Assembly (NCBI GenBank): GCA_039815185.1
Contig: JBCBZT010000006.1
Location: 1 to 64,000 of the forward strand
Direction: 5' to 3'
From: Cyanobacteria bacterium P01_A01_bin.123
GTDB lineage: Bacteria > Cyanobacteriota > Cyanobacteriia > Phormidesmidales > Phormidesmidaceae
DNA length: 64,000 bases
Made by a program: the position numbers and the translations under genes. Shown here in pieces: positions 51,518 through 61,959 of this stretch; within the stretch, counting starts at the first letter, position 1, and each line of letters starts with the position of its first letter. The notes beneath the pieces were generated by a model. It searched no databases and was not told the origin of the DNA. It was given only the letters and a program-made list of their open reading frames with translations.

Positions 51518-51808
51518 GTGTCTAAACTCACCATTACCGGTAACATCCTTGCTGACCCTAACCAGATTGACCTGGTTAAAGCCGAGCTGGAGAAGCTCGT
51601 CCCGATCACCCGTGCCGAAGCAGGCTGCCTTCAATATGACTTGCATCAGGACAACGAAAATCCCGCCTACTTCTTGTTCTATGAAAATTGGGAGTCCCGT
51701 GAACTCTGGCAAACTCACATGAACGCACCACACATGGCAGCATACATGGCCACCACTGAAGGAGCGGTTGAAAAATTTTGGCTCCATGAGATGACACACA
51801 TTGCTTGA
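51518..51808 (+). CDS. Putative quinol monooxygenase (ABM domain)
   Basis: TRAEAGCLQYDLHQD, FYENW, HMNAPH; AGGAG RBS. Confidence 0.9.
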   Translation: MSKLTITGNILADPNQIDLVKAELEKLVPITRAEAGCLQYDLHQDNENPAYFLFYENWESRELWQTHMNAPHMAAYMATTEGAVEKFWLHEMTHIA

Positions 51809-51967
51809 TGACCAAGGGGCACCCAGTTAAGTCGGGAAACTCCAGCTAAATAGAGAGCCCGAATCCAGTAATTTCTCGACGCCTAGCTTTGGGTGCCTGA
51901 ATGCTTTGGTTACCTCAATTTCCCGCTTCAAGTTGCGAGTTATTAATAGAACTGTAGGAGATTTCAA

Positions 51968-52813
51968 ATGAATTACGACAACTTCACCACGTTCAACGTT
52001 AACGTCAAGAACGCGATCGCTTGGGTTACCTTCGACTATCCACCCGTCAATGTTCAGGGACTGCCGATGCTCGCCGACCTGAATATGCTGGCCCAAAAGC
52101 TGGAAACGGATCGCAGCATTAAGGTTGTGGTGTTTCAATCTGCCAATCCCGAAATTTTCGTGGCCCATGCCGACACGAATTTTCTCAAAGACATGTCTGC
52201 GATCGCCGTCTCCCGTGAAGAGGTGAAACTCCTCGATTTGCAGGTGGTACTAGAGCGCATCAGTAAACTGCCTCAAGCCACCATTGCCAAGATCGAAGGC
52301 TTTGCCCGGGGGGGTGGTCACGAATTTGCGCTGGCCTGCGATATGCGTTTCGCGGCCCGTGGCAAGGCTAAATTTATGCAGATGGAAGTTGGCATGGGGA
52401 TTCTGCCCTGTGGTGGCGGCGCATCCCGGATGGCTCGTCAGGTCGGTCTAGGCCGGGCATTAGAAATTGTTCTCGGTGCCCAAGACTTTGATGCGGATCA
52501 AGCTGAAGCCTATGGCACGATCAACAAGGCTCTCGCCCCAGAAGAGATTGGCCCGTTTGTCGAAGCATTGGCCAACCGGATCGCGCTCTGGCCCGCTGAG
52601 TCGATCAATGCATGCAAACAGACCGTCTATGCGTCGATTGACAAACCCATTGATGAAGCACTGAAGGAAGAGGCGTATTGGCTTTATCAGGCAACCAGTC
52701 AGACCCCGGCGTTGAAACGTTTTCAATGGGCCGATGACAATGGTGCTCAGTTCGATATGGACAATCAACGGGGGTGGCACGACATGGTCGTTAGTGTTCA
52801 GGAAGTTAACTGA
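51968..52813 (+). CDS. Enoyl-CoA hydratase/isomerase family protein
   Basis: ARGGGHEFALACDMRFA. Confidence 0.9.
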   Translation: MNYDNFTTFNVNVKNAIAWVTFDYPPVNVQGLPMLADLNMLAQKLETDRSIKVVVFQSANPEIFVAHADTNFLKDMSAIAVSREEVKLLDLQVVLERISKLPQATIAKIEGFARGGGHEFALACDMRFAARGKAKFMQMEVGMGILPCGGGASRMARQVGLGRALEIVLGAQDFDADQAEAYGTINKALAPEEIGPFVEALANRIALWPAESINACKQTVYASIDKPIDEALKEEAYWLYQATSQTPALKRFQWADDNGAQFDMDNQRGWHDMVVSVQEVN

Positions 52814-52872
52814 TTAATGCTCTACCGGGGCGTATACAGCGAGCGCCCCGGACGCGCTAAGGAAACAAGAAT

Positions 52873-53841
52873 ATGCTCAAGAATCTAGCAGACACCGGGT
52901 TTCAGCCCATTAATCGGGCCTACAACGCCGTGTTTCGTCCTAACCGGTTAAGCCTCGGCCTGGTGGTTCCGATCGAGACCTATCCAAGGGTACCGGTGCC
53001 CACATTGGAAAGCCACATTGAACGTGTTCAGCTGGCCGAAGAACTTGGTTTTTCTGCCGTCTGGTTACGTGACGTGCCGTTCAACGTGCCCTCATTTGGG
53101 GATGCTGGTCAGACCTATGACCCATTCGTTTATCTGGGTCTTTTGGCAGGCCAAACTGAGCGAATCGCCCTCGGTGTTGCCAGTATCATTCTGCCGCTGC
53201 GACATCCAGCCCATGTGGCCAAGGCCGCTGCGACCGCTGATGTGCTTTCAGGCGGGCGGCTGCTTCTGGGAGTGGCTTCGGGCGATCGCCCCGAAGAATA
53301 TCCGGCGCTCAATTTGCCCTTTGGCGATCGCGGGGCGGCGTTTCGAGAAAGCTTTGAATACATCAGACAGATGGGGAAAACCTCACCCACGTTTGAGAAT
53401 GCGTTTGGTAGCCCGAATGGTGGGATGGACATGCTGCCCAAACCAACCTCTGGAAGGCTGCCGCTGCTAATTACAGGCGGTAGCCAGCAAGATCCCGAGT
53501 GGATCGCCCGGAACGGAGATGGCTGGATGACCTATCCACGCAATACTGTTGTTCAAGCGCGCATTATTAGTGATTGGCGATCACGGGTTGAGGCTGTCGG
53601 CGCGCCCGCAAAGCCTGTGATGCAGCCGCTCTATATCGATCTAACTGAGAACCCTGAGACATTACCACAAGCCATTCATCTGGGGTTCCGGATAGGTGTG
53701 AACCCGCTTCGCACCTATCTGAAATCGCTAGAACAGATCGGCGTAAACCACGTCGCACTGAACTTGCGCTTTAACCAGACGGATATCGAAACAACGCTGA
53801 AACGTCTGGCCAACGACATATTGCCAGCCTTTGCTGGATAA
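52873..53841 (+). CDS. LLM-class flavin-dependent oxidoreductase
   Basis: WLRDVP, LPLRHP, GVASGDRPEEY. Confidence 0.9.
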   Translation: MLKNLADTGFQPINRAYNAVFRPNRLSLGLVVPIETYPRVPVPTLESHIERVQLAEELGFSAVWLRDVPFNVPSFGDAGQTYDPFVYLGLLAGQTERIALGVASIILPLRHPAHVAKAAATADVLSGGRLLLGVASGDRPEEYPALNLPFGDRGAAFRESFEYIRQMGKTSPTFENAFGSPNGGMDMLPKPTSGRLPLLITGGSQQDPEWIARNGDGWMTYPRNTVVQARIISDWRSRVEAVGAPAKPVMQPLYIDLTENPETLPQAIHLGFRIGVNPLRTYLKSLEQIGVNHVALNLRFNQTDIETTLKRLANDILPAFAG

Positions 53842-53854
53842 GGAGGACGATTCC

Positions 53855-54676
53855 ATGTCAAAAACGATTTTGATTACCGGCTCTACTGACGGTATCGGGT
53901 TAGAAACAGCGAAGATGCTGGCCTCAATGGGGCACCATGTCCTGTTGCATGGGCGAAACCCGTCGAAACTGGAAGACGCGGAAAAAACGCTCTCGGCAGG
54001 TGGTGGGATGGTTGAAAGCTATGTGTCTGACCTGTCGCTGATGGCGAATGTTGAAACGCTGGCAAAGGCGGTGGCCGAGAAGCATACCAAACTTGACGTC
54101 CTCATCAACAATGCAGGGGTGTATAACGCTTCTGATCCGGTCACGCAGGACGGGCTGGATATCCGGTTTGCTGTTAATACGATCGCACCTTATCTACTCA
54201 CAAAACGCCTTTTGCCACTGCTTGGCCCGTCTGGACGGGTGGTCAACCTCTCGTCCGCTGCTCAGTCCCCAGTCAATCCGCAGGCACTGACTGGACAAGT
54301 CCGCCTGTCCGATGGCGCAGCTTATGCCCAAAGCAAACTGGCGCTGACCATGTGGTCTCGCAGTTTGGCACTTGCGCTCAAGGATGACGGCCCGACCATC
54401 ATCGCGGTTAACCCCGGATCACTGCTGGGCAGCAAGATGGTGAAACAGGCGTTTGGAATCGCTGGCGGCGATATCCGTATCGGCGCAGAAATCCTGTGTC
54501 GCGCGGCTCTGACAGATGAATTTGCGGCGGCTTCTGGACAGTATTTCGACAATGATTCAGGTCAGTTTGCTTCGCCCCATCCTGATGCACTTGATCCACG
54601 GAAATCTCAAGAGGTTGTGTCTGTTATTGAGACAGTTTCAGAAGACATAAAGGATCAAAGTATCCAGGGTCAGTGA
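53855..54676 (+). CDS. SDR oxidoreductase
   Basis: TGSTDGIG, NNAG, YAQSK; AGGAGG RBS. Confidence 0.92.
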   Translation: MSKTILITGSTDGIGLETAKMLASMGHHVLLHGRNPSKLEDAEKTLSAGGGMVESYVSDLSLMANVETLAKAVAEKHTKLDVLINNAGVYNASDPVTQDGLDIRFAVNTIAPYLLTKRLLPLLGPSGRVVNLSSAAQSPVNPQALTGQVRLSDGAAYAQSKLALTMWSRSLALALKDDGPTIIAVNPGSLLGSKMVKQAFGIAGGDIRIGAEILCRAALTDEFAAASGQYFDNDSGQFASPHPDALDPRKSQEVVSVIETVSEDIKDQSIQGQ

Positions 54677-54748
54677 CGCATCATTTGGTGCAAGCCGGGC
54701 ATATTAGCGGCACAATCTAAATGGGACTGACAGCAGGGAGATCTTGTA

Positions 54749-55405
54749 ATGAAAGCACTGGTAGCTGGAGCAACGGGACGAACAGGGCGGGAGATCGTAC
54801 GGCAGTTGGTGGATCGGGGCATTGCGGTGAAAGCGATGGTGCGCGATGCAGAAGCGGCAAAAGCGGTTGTACCCGAAGGGGTTGAGATTGTCGTAGGGGA
54901 TGTTTTGCAAGTGGCGAGTTTACAGTCCGCGATCGCGGACTGCACGGTTTTACTCTCGGCCACGGGCGCGATTCCCAGTTTTGATCCCACAGGGCCGTTT
55001 CAGGTCGATTATGTCGGCACGAAAAATTTGGTTGATGTGGCGAAACAGCAGGGCATTGAACGGTTTGTGATGGTGTCGTCCCTTTGCGTGTCTCAGTTTT
55101 TCCACCCGCTGAATTTGTTTTGGCTGATTTTGGTTTGGAAGCGGCAGGCTGAAACCTATCTGCAAAATAGCGGTTTGACTTACACGATTGTGCGACCCGG
55201 TGGTCTAAAGTCTGAGGATGACGACCGGAATGTGGTTATGCAGGGGGCCGATACGTTGTTTGATGGCAGTATTCCTCGGGTGAAGGTGGCGCAGGTGTGC
55301 GTTGAGGCGCTTTCAGATGCTGAGGCGCGCAACAAAATTGTGGAAATTGTGGCGACAGAAGCAGCGCCGCAGAAATCCCTAGATCAACTGTTTGCGGCGG
55401 TGTAA
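54749..55405 (+). CDS. NAD(P)H-binding atypical SDR (Tic62/NmrA-like)
   Basis: AGATGRTG, YTIVRPGGL. Confidence 0.88.
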   Translation: MKALVAGATGRTGREIVRQLVDRGIAVKAMVRDAEAAKAVVPEGVEIVVGDVLQVASLQSAIADCTVLLSATGAIPSFDPTGPFQVDYVGTKNLVDVAKQQGIERFVMVSSLCVSQFFHPLNLFWLILVWKRQAETYLQNSGLTYTIVRPGGLKSEDDDRNVVMQGADTLFDGSIPRVKVAQVCVEALSDAEARNKIVEIVATEAAPQKSLDQLFAAV

Positions 55406-55442
55406 TGAGCGTGTTTCAGTTTCGTATCATCGCGATCGCCCC

Positions 55443-56630
55443 ATGAGTTACAACCTGATTGCCCTATTGCCGGGCTTAATTGCCCTGGGCTTGAGCGTTT
55501 GGGTTGTGCTACCCGCCCCGATTGCGCCACTGTTGCCTTTATCTGTGGGTGCGCCTGAAATTAGCCCCTGGTTAGTCGGTGTCAACGGCATTCTTTTGGG
55601 GGGGTATTTTTACGGTTGGCGACAACTGGGGGCAGGTAAACTGGGCGCGATCGCCTTGAGCCTAGTCACCCTTGCCTTAATCCTGAGCCTGGTGCCCCCG
55701 AGTCAATGGCAGCGTACCAACCGTAGTGCTCAGCAGGCCATGGTCGCAACCTTAGGAACGGAATATGCCACCCTATCAACGCCGCTGATTGCCAATCAAC
55801 AGCGGACTGCCCCATTCAGTCTCGGAGCTTTGGTCGGCGGCATTCAGCCTGCCCCGATTCGTCACCATCGTGAGATTCCCTTTGCTACCCCCGACGGTGT
55901 ACTCCTTAGCCTCGATATCTATCAGCCTGCTGCTGTGGGCACTTATCCAGCGGTGGTGATGATTTACGGTGGCGCTTGGCAGCGGGGGAGTCCAGAAGAT
56001 AATGCTCAACTGGGACGCTATCTGGCTGCCCAGGGGTATGTGGTCTGGGCGATTGACTACCGCCACGCACCCCAGCACCCCTTCCCAGCACAGTTGAAGG
56101 ATGTGCAAACAGCACTGGCGTTTTTGGTTCAGCATGCGGCGGAATACGACACCGATCCGACCCGCATTGCCTTGTTTGGCAAGTCCGCTGGCGCACACTT
56201 GGCCATGCTGGCAGCTTACCAACCCGATGCTCTGCCGATCCGCGCTGTGGTCAATTATTACGGCCCAGTGGATTTGTTAGCGGGCTACTACGATTTGCCC
56301 GAGCCTGATCCACTCGATACGCGATCGCTACTGGTGGACTTTTTAGGGGGGACACCCGATCAGATCAGCGATCGCTACCGGGCAGCTTCCCCGGCTAACT
56401 TTATTACTGCTGATTTACCGCCAACGCTGTTGATTTATGGCGGTAAAGACCACATTGTCATGTCGCGCTTTGGCCAAGCCTTGGCGGAACGATTACAGGC
56501 TGAGGGCAATGCAGCGGTATATATTCGTTTGCCTTGGGCAGATCACGCCTTTGATGCCATTTTTAACGGCTTGAGCAATCAGTTGGCGCTCTACTATACA
56601 GAGCGATTCTTGGCTTGGGCGCTGCGGTAG
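55443..56630 (+). CDS. Membrane-anchored alpha/beta hydrolase (esterase)
   Basis: YGGAW, GKSAG nucleophile, ADHAFD; N-terminal TM helices. Confidence 0.88.
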   Translation: MSYNLIALLPGLIALGLSVWVVLPAPIAPLLPLSVGAPEISPWLVGVNGILLGGYFYGWRQLGAGKLGAIALSLVTLALILSLVPPSQWQRTNRSAQQAMVATLGTEYATLSTPLIANQQRTAPFSLGALVGGIQPAPIRHHREIPFATPDGVLLSLDIYQPAAVGTYPAVVMIYGGAWQRGSPEDNAQLGRYLAAQGYVVWAIDYRHAPQHPFPAQLKDVQTALAFLVQHAAEYDTDPTRIALFGKSAGAHLAMLAAYQPDALPIRAVVNYYGPVDLLAGYYDLPEPDPLDTRSLLVDFLGGTPDQISDRYRAASPANFITADLPPTLLIYGGKDHIVMSRFGQALAERLQAEGNAAVYIRLPWADHAFDAIFNGLSNQLALYYTERFLAWALR

Positions 56631-56639
56631 GGCGTGTCA

Positions 56640-57098
56640 TCAGTTAGATTGATGAGTTGGGGCGCGATCCAGGGCGCGATCGCCACCATAGCGGGCCACA
56701 ATTTGATCGTCGTAGTCGTCAGCGGTTTCTAAAACTTCAATGGTTGAGGCTTCGAGTTCTTGGGGATCACAGGTTGAGCCAACGATGGTGTGTTCAAACA
56801 AGATATCGCCTTGGTCATTGATGGCAAAGGCACCAAATCGCAGGGTGTCATTTTCTCGCAGCAAAAATTGCAGCAATTCGTTAGACAACTTGGCTCCACT
56901 CACCACCGTTGAGCAAACATTGACGACTGAGTCGTCATCCCCCCAAGGGTAAATATTGATCTCCACCCAAGCTGATCCCATGAACAAGCCAAATCCAGGC
57001 CCGTCCAGCTTTTCCCAGGGGATGTCAGTAAATAGTTGATCCATCCAGCCTGCCACTTTGGCATAGCAGGTTTTTTGAGCTTCAGTTTCAAACTCCAT
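56640..57098 (-). CDS. YbjN / T3SS-chaperone-like domain protein
   Basis: FLLRENDTLRFGAF, ADDYDDQIVARYGG. Confidence 0.7.
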   Translation of the reverse strand: MEFETEAQKTCYAKVAGWMDQLFTDIPWEKLDGPGFGLFMGSAWVEINIYPWGDDDSVVNVCSTVVSGAKLSNELLQFLLRENDTLRFGAFAINDQGDILFEHTIVGSTCDPQELEASTIEVLETADDYDDQIVARYGGDRALDRAPTHQSN

Positions 57099-57186
57099 TG
57101 CACCACCTCTAACTGCGCTGCTGCATCAGTTTAGGGTGATTGGGGGACTCAACTGGATCTTGGCAAAAGATTGTTACGCAATCACA

Positions 57187-57226
57187 ACTTGTCCCACCAA
57201 GAGAAATTTCTCTTGGTGGGACAAGT
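57187..57226. repeat. Perfect 40-bp palindrome, possibly a terminator
   Basis: ACTTGTCCCACCAAGAGAAA followed directly by TTTCTCTTGGTGGGACAAGT. Confidence 0.85.
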
Positions 57227-57267
57227 CCATTTAGATCAAGATTGGCTCGACCAAGATTGACCGATGA

Positions 57268-58521
57268 CTAGGGAGACTGGGGTTCGCCGCAGTTGATCAT
57301 CCGTAAGGTCGCCGCTGCTGCATAGTTACGCAGCGTGGGTGAATCTGGCACAAAGGCGGAACCCGATTCGTTAATGGGGCTGGCAACGCCGCAGAAGCTA
57401 GACATCTGGGCAATCAAAGTTTGGCCCCAGTGACCTTGGATATCGCTAAAGCTGACAGGGTCTTGGGTGGACGGCAGGGTTGTGGTCAGGCCCAATGCAT
57501 TACGCTCATACTCAGCCGCCCGCCGCAAGATGGCCATCAACTCAACCCGAGAAACCGTGTCCGCAGGGCGGAAGGTGCCCGTTTGGTCACCACTGACAAT
57601 ACCTGCGACTTTCGCAAACTGAATCTTAGACGCACTCCAGCGGTTGGCGGCGACATCAGGGAAGGGCGCTTGGCTAACGTCGGTGGGCACCTGTAGGTCT
57701 GTTACCGGCAATTTCAGCGCCAAAGCATCCAGCACCATGGAGACAGCCTGCTCGCGGGTCAATGATGTTTGGGGCCGGAAAGTACCATCTTGAAATCCAG
57801 AGATAAAGCCAAGCTCAGAGGCTTGGGCAATCTCAGTGGCGTAAACATCATTGCCAATGTCAGGAAAGGCTTCGATATTCGGTTCAGTGGGTTCACCGGT
57901 CGGGTCTGGCTCATCAGGCGGTGTAGGGTTGACTACCACTGGGGTATCCCCATCCGCGAGGACTTGGGCCAGAGTCAGGTCATTGGTGAAATAGAAGTGG
58001 CCCTGCACCCGATCTTCGAAGGTGCGTTTGGTGAGCCGCCAACCGGGAGCCAGAATGATGCGGGTAAACCCGGTGTCGCTGTTCCCTCCAGTACTGCCGA
58101 TGGTGAAGGAGCCTTCGGTGTTGGATACAGCCCGTAGGAGTACGTTACCGTCTTGGGTTTCAACGATTCTTAAGTTAAAGCGAGATCCTAAATCTTCGTC
58201 ATTGACTCGAACAGAGTAACCGTTGGTGTCGGAAGCCCGCCTACAGATGCCTGTAAAGTCAAAATTGAGCAGCAACGGGTCGATGGCAATAGGCCCAGTA
58301 CCTGACTCGCTCCAGCATTGGCGCTCATCAGTGACTTGCTCATAGATAAAAAGTCGGTAAGGAATAAAGCCAGAGCCCTGGGCAGCAACCGGGACGACAG
58401 AATCTTGATTGATTTCAGTTTTGCCGAATTCTTGGGCGAAGGCAGGGCCCATGCCCCCAAAAACTCCGATCGCAGCGATTGCTAACGTCGCAGCTTTGAC
58501 TCGAATAGATGATGCTAACAT
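57268..58521 (-). CDS. DUF3747 domain protein with S-layer homology (SLH) repeats
   Basis: Signal peptide, DPLLLNFDFTGIC, FPDI..GFQDGTFRPQTSLTRE SLH motifs. Confidence 0.88.
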   Translation of the reverse strand: MLASSIRVKAATLAIAAIGVFGGMGPAFAQEFGKTEINQDSVVPVAAQGSGFIPYRLFIYEQVTDERQCWSESGTGPIAIDPLLLNFDFTGICRRASDTNGYSVRVNDEDLGSRFNLRIVETQDGNVLLRAVSNTEGSFTIGSTGGNSDTGFTRIILAPGWRLTKRTFEDRVQGHFYFTNDLTLAQVLADGDTPVVVNPTPPDEPDPTGEPTEPNIEAFPDIGNDVYATEIAQASELGFISGFQDGTFRPQTSLTREQAVSMVLDALALKLPVTDLQVPTDVSQAPFPDVAANRWSASKIQFAKVAGIVSGDQTGTFRPADTVSRVELMAILRRAAEYERNALGLTTTLPSTQDPVSFSDIQGHWGQTLIAQMSSFCGVASPINESGSAFVPDSPTLRNYAAAATLRMINCGEPQSP

Positions 58522-59199
58522 TACAGTTCGTTATTCCTAAAGCAGTTTAACGGGGAAAGCGGACAGCCCCGAGGAAATGCAGCCTGATTGATAGGGCAAA
58601 AAAATACCTCCAACAAAAGCTGTCGCCAATCGTTTTACACATGAATCAATATTGCACTATACAGCCTTTTTGAAATTGGCTGTAATCCTGATAGGTTCCG
58701 CCATTCCAAGGTTTCTGACGAGATCAGGGGATGGCAGTTCCAATAAAAGTCCAGAAAATCTTAAAACTTCTGTTAAACAATCTACAAAGGGATTGCAAAT
58801 TGGCAGATTTTATGTGAATCAAAAAATAATCGTTAAGCGATCGCGCTGCAGCTGACATCAAGTCTCTCCAAGGTATTGCCAGACAGCTTAGTCATTTGTC
58901 ACTATAGTTAACGCTAGGTATCTTCCCGGTTCGCCTTTGGCGTTCTCGAAGCGTAGACTATGCTTGTTTGGTCAGAATGTTTGAACCCAAGGGTATATTT
59001 ATTTTGTTGCCTGAGACGGGCTCAATTTACAGAAAAAATCGTCTATCGATTAGGCCTTTCCGCTTCTAAACTTATTCGTAAATCACATCTGATTTGGAAT
59101 TTTTCGCAACGGGGTGCAAAGCTCTGCTTCCCCCACAAAGAAAAACGATGCATCTAACTGTAGCCAGAATTTATTCAAACTTTTTTAAGGAGATTAGCT

Positions 59200-59769
59200 T
59201 TGATCCACGCGCCTAACCTTTTCTCAGCTGTGCTTGGGGTTTCTGCAGTGTTGGCAGTGGGGTTACAGCCCCTACCCGGGCAGGCTGCCGATGAAACTGA
59301 TCTGCGTCGTTTCCTCGCAACCCTTGATTGTCCGGGGTGTGATCTGGGGGGAGCTGATTTGAGGCGGTTGGATCTTTCTGGGGCTAACTTGGAAGACGCT
59401 AATTTAGAGCAAGCTAATTTATATCGGTCTCGGTTAGAAGGGGCTAATCTGCGCGGGGCCAATTTGAGTCGGGCTAACCTTTCCTTCTCTAACTTGCAGT
59501 CAGCCGTGTTAGATAGGGCGGATTTGCGCGACGCTGTTCTATTTGCCGCTAACTTTGACAACACCTCAATGGATCAAGTCGATTTACGAGGGGCCGAAAT
59601 CGAAGAAACCAGTTTTATCGGGGCTTCGATGTTGCAGGCAGACCTGCGCCAAGCGCTGGTGGTCAGCACTGACTTTTCCCAGGCGATGCTGTGTGGCTCA
59701 TTGACCACCAACGGCTGGGAGTACCGCAACGACTGTACTGATGGTGAAAGGTTGACGTTTGACGAGTGA
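59200..59769 (+). CDS. Pentapeptide repeat protein
   Basis: Signal peptide, CPGCDL, A(N/D)Lxx repeats. Confidence 0.9.
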   Translation: MIHAPNLFSAVLGVSAVLAVGLQPLPGQAADETDLRRFLATLDCPGCDLGGADLRRLDLSGANLEDANLEQANLYRSRLEGANLRGANLSRANLSFSNLQSAVLDRADLRDAVLFAANFDNTSMDQVDLRGAEIEETSFIGASMLQADLRQALVVSTDFSQAMLCGSLTTNGWEYRNDCTDGERLTFDE

Positions 59770-59774
59770 TCGAA

Positions 59775-60029
59775 CCCGCATTCCGCCCTTTGAAGAGTCA
59801 CATCGAGCATAAGGTGACATACTTCAGACTTGATGTGATGGAGCCAAGGGCGTGATCAGTGACCTGACTCTGATGGTAGAGAACTTAGATCATCTTGGGA
59901 TAGTGGCTGGTTTAGTCGACGAGCTGGGCCTGGTGGAGTATCTCAACGAAAAGGTGGAGGGAGACCCGCGCGAGACCTTAAGCATTGGGGTTGTCGTTAA
60001 GGCCATGATTTCTCAAGGGCCAATGTGGG
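59775..60029 (+). mobile_element. Internally deleted IS1634-family element
   Basis: Left end CCCGCATTCCGCCCTT, degenerate right end AAGGGCCAATGTGGG; N-terminal transposase fragment ENLDHLGIVAGLVDELGL..VVKAMI. Confidence 0.7.
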
Positions 60030-60792
60030 TTAGAAATCTGTGGTGCGGTAGGCAGTGAACCCGACTTAAGAGTTTGATGAAGGTTATGCCCAAATGACAG
60101 GGGACAGTCCTGTTGGCGCTAGCGCAAAGGTTAGCGGTGGCTGTGGGGGTGGGCTCCGGTAGTTCATCTATGGGGTCTAGCTGCACCGGTGGTGTGGGAC
60201 TAACAGCCCCCGTCGAATCCCTGTCTGCAAGCACTTGGGCCAGGGGGAGGTCGCTGGTGAAATAGTAGTGCCCCTGCACCTGATCCTCAAAAGTACGTTT
60301 GCTGAGCCGCCAACCTGGTGCCAACGTGATGCGGGTGAAGCCCGTGCTGCCTTTTCCCCCGGTGCTGCCAATGGTAAAGGCTCCTTCGGTGCTGGAGACC
60401 CCCTTGAGGAGCAGGTTGCCGTCTTGGGTTTCAACGATTTTCAATTGGAAGCGGGATCCCATCTCTTCATCATTGAGCCGGATGGAATAAGCATTGGTGT
60501 TGGCAGCCCGCTGACAGATGCCCGAAAAATCAAAGTTGAGCAGCAATGGGTCTACGGTGATGGGATCAGTGCCGGACTCACGCCAACACGGGCGCTGATC
60601 AGAAAGTTGCTCATAGATATAGAGCCGATAAGGAATAAACCCAGACCCCTGAACGACCAATGGGACAACCGTATCTTGATTGATTTCAACCTTTCCAAAG
60701 CCTTGGGCAAGGGCAGGGTCTACACTCCCTAAGAATCCGATTGCCGTGATAGCTAACGCCGCAGGCTTGACTCGAATGGACGATGTCAACAT
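60013..60792 (-). CDS. DUF3747 paralog lacking SLH domains (possibly truncated)
   Basis: Highly similar to the N-terminal half of 57268-58521; aberrant-looking C-terminus runs into IS remnant. Confidence 0.75.
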   Translation of the reverse strand: MLTSSIRVKPAALAITAIGFLGSVDPALAQGFGKVEINQDTVVPLVVQGSGFIPYRLYIYEQLSDQRPCWRESGTDPITVDPLLLNFDFSGICQRAANTNAYSIRLNDEEMGSRFQLKIVETQDGNLLLKGVSSTEGAFTIGSTGGKGSTGFTRITLAPGWRLSKRTFEDQVQGHYYFTSDLPLAQVLADRDSTGAVSPTPPVQLDPIDELPEPTPTATANLCASANRTVPCHLGITFIKLLSRVHCLPHHRFLTHIGP

Positions 60793-60876
60793 TTCAATTC
60801 CGTGAAGATTGGCTGTGATCCTGATAGGATAAGCCGTTCCAAGGTTGCTGACGGTAGCAGAGCAGGGAAGTTCCGC

Positions 60877-61959
60877 TCAGGCAATGGTGATCGTTGGGGA
60901 GAGGTACACATCCTGGATCGCATGGAATAGCTCAATCCCCTCTTCTAGGGGACGCTGGAAGGTTTTGCGTCCGGAAATCAACCCACATCCGCCAGCGCGT
61001 TTGTTAATGACGGCGGTGCGAACCGCTTGGGCAAAGTCATTATCCCCTGAAGCCCCACCAGAGTTGATCAATCCTGCCCGTCCGGCATAACAGTTGAGTA
61101 CCTGATAGCGGGTGAGGTCGATGGGGTGGTCGCTGCTGAGTTCAGAATAAACGCGGTCGTCTGTGCGACCATATTTTTCGCCAGTGGCTTTGACGACGGC
61201 TTGATAGCCGCCATTGTTTTCCGGCAATTTTTGTTTGATGATGTCTGCTTCGATGGTGACGCCTAGGTGATTGGCTTGCCCGGTGAGGTCAGCTGCTAGA
61301 TGATAATCTTTGTCTTGTTTGAAGGCTGGATTGCGGAGATAGCACCAGAGAATGGTGGCCATGCCTAGCTCGTGGGCAGCGGCAAAGGCTGCGCTGACTT
61401 CTTGGATTTGACGGGCTGATTCGGGGGAACCGAAGTAAATGGTTGCACCGACGGCGACTGCCCCCAGGTTCCAAGCCTGCTCAACATCGGTAAACATGAT
61501 CTGGTCGGATTGATTGGGATAGGTTAGCAACTCATTGTGGTTGAGTTTGACAATGAAGGGAATGCGGTGGGCATATTTACGAGACATCATGCCCAAAACG
61601 CCTAATGTGGTTGCCACACCGTTGCAGCCCCCTTCAATGGCTAGCTTGATGATGTTTTCGGGGTCGAAGTAAATCGGGTTGGGCGCAAAAGAGGCTGCGC
61701 CAGAGTGCTCGATGCCTTGGTCAACGGGGAGAATGGAAAGATAGCCGGTGTTGGCCAATCTGCCAGTGGCAAAGAGCTGTTGCAGCGATCGCAGGACTTG
61801 AGGATTACGATCGCTATAGGCATAAACCCGATCGACAATATCGGCCCCCGGCAAGGTCAATAACGCTTTACTCAACTTGGCTTTGTAATTTAGAAGACTT
61901 TCTGCTTTGTCGCCTAACCAAGATTCGATTGATGGGGTAGCAGAGCGCGTTACAGTCAT
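60877..61959 (-). CDS. fbaB: Class I fructose-bisphosphate aldolase (DhnA type)
   Basis: [26 protein letters not shown]. Confidence 0.93.
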   Translation of the reverse strand: MTVTRSATPSIESWLGDKAESLLNYKAKLSKALLTLPGADIVDRVYAYSDRNPQVLRSLQQLFATGRLANTGYLSILPVDQGIEHSGAASFAPNPIYFDPENIIKLAIEGGCNGVATTLGVLGMMSRKYAHRIPFIVKLNHNELLTYPNQSDQIMFTDVEQAWNLGAVAVGATIYFGSPESARQIQEVSAAFAAAHELGMATILWCYLRNPAFKQDKDYHLAADLTGQANHLGVTIEADIIKQKLPENNGGYQAVVKATGEKYGRTDDRVYSELSSDHPIDLTRYQVLNCYAGRAGLINSGGASGDNDFAQAVRTAVINKRAGGCGLISGRKTFQRPLEEGIELFHAIQDVYLSPTITIA

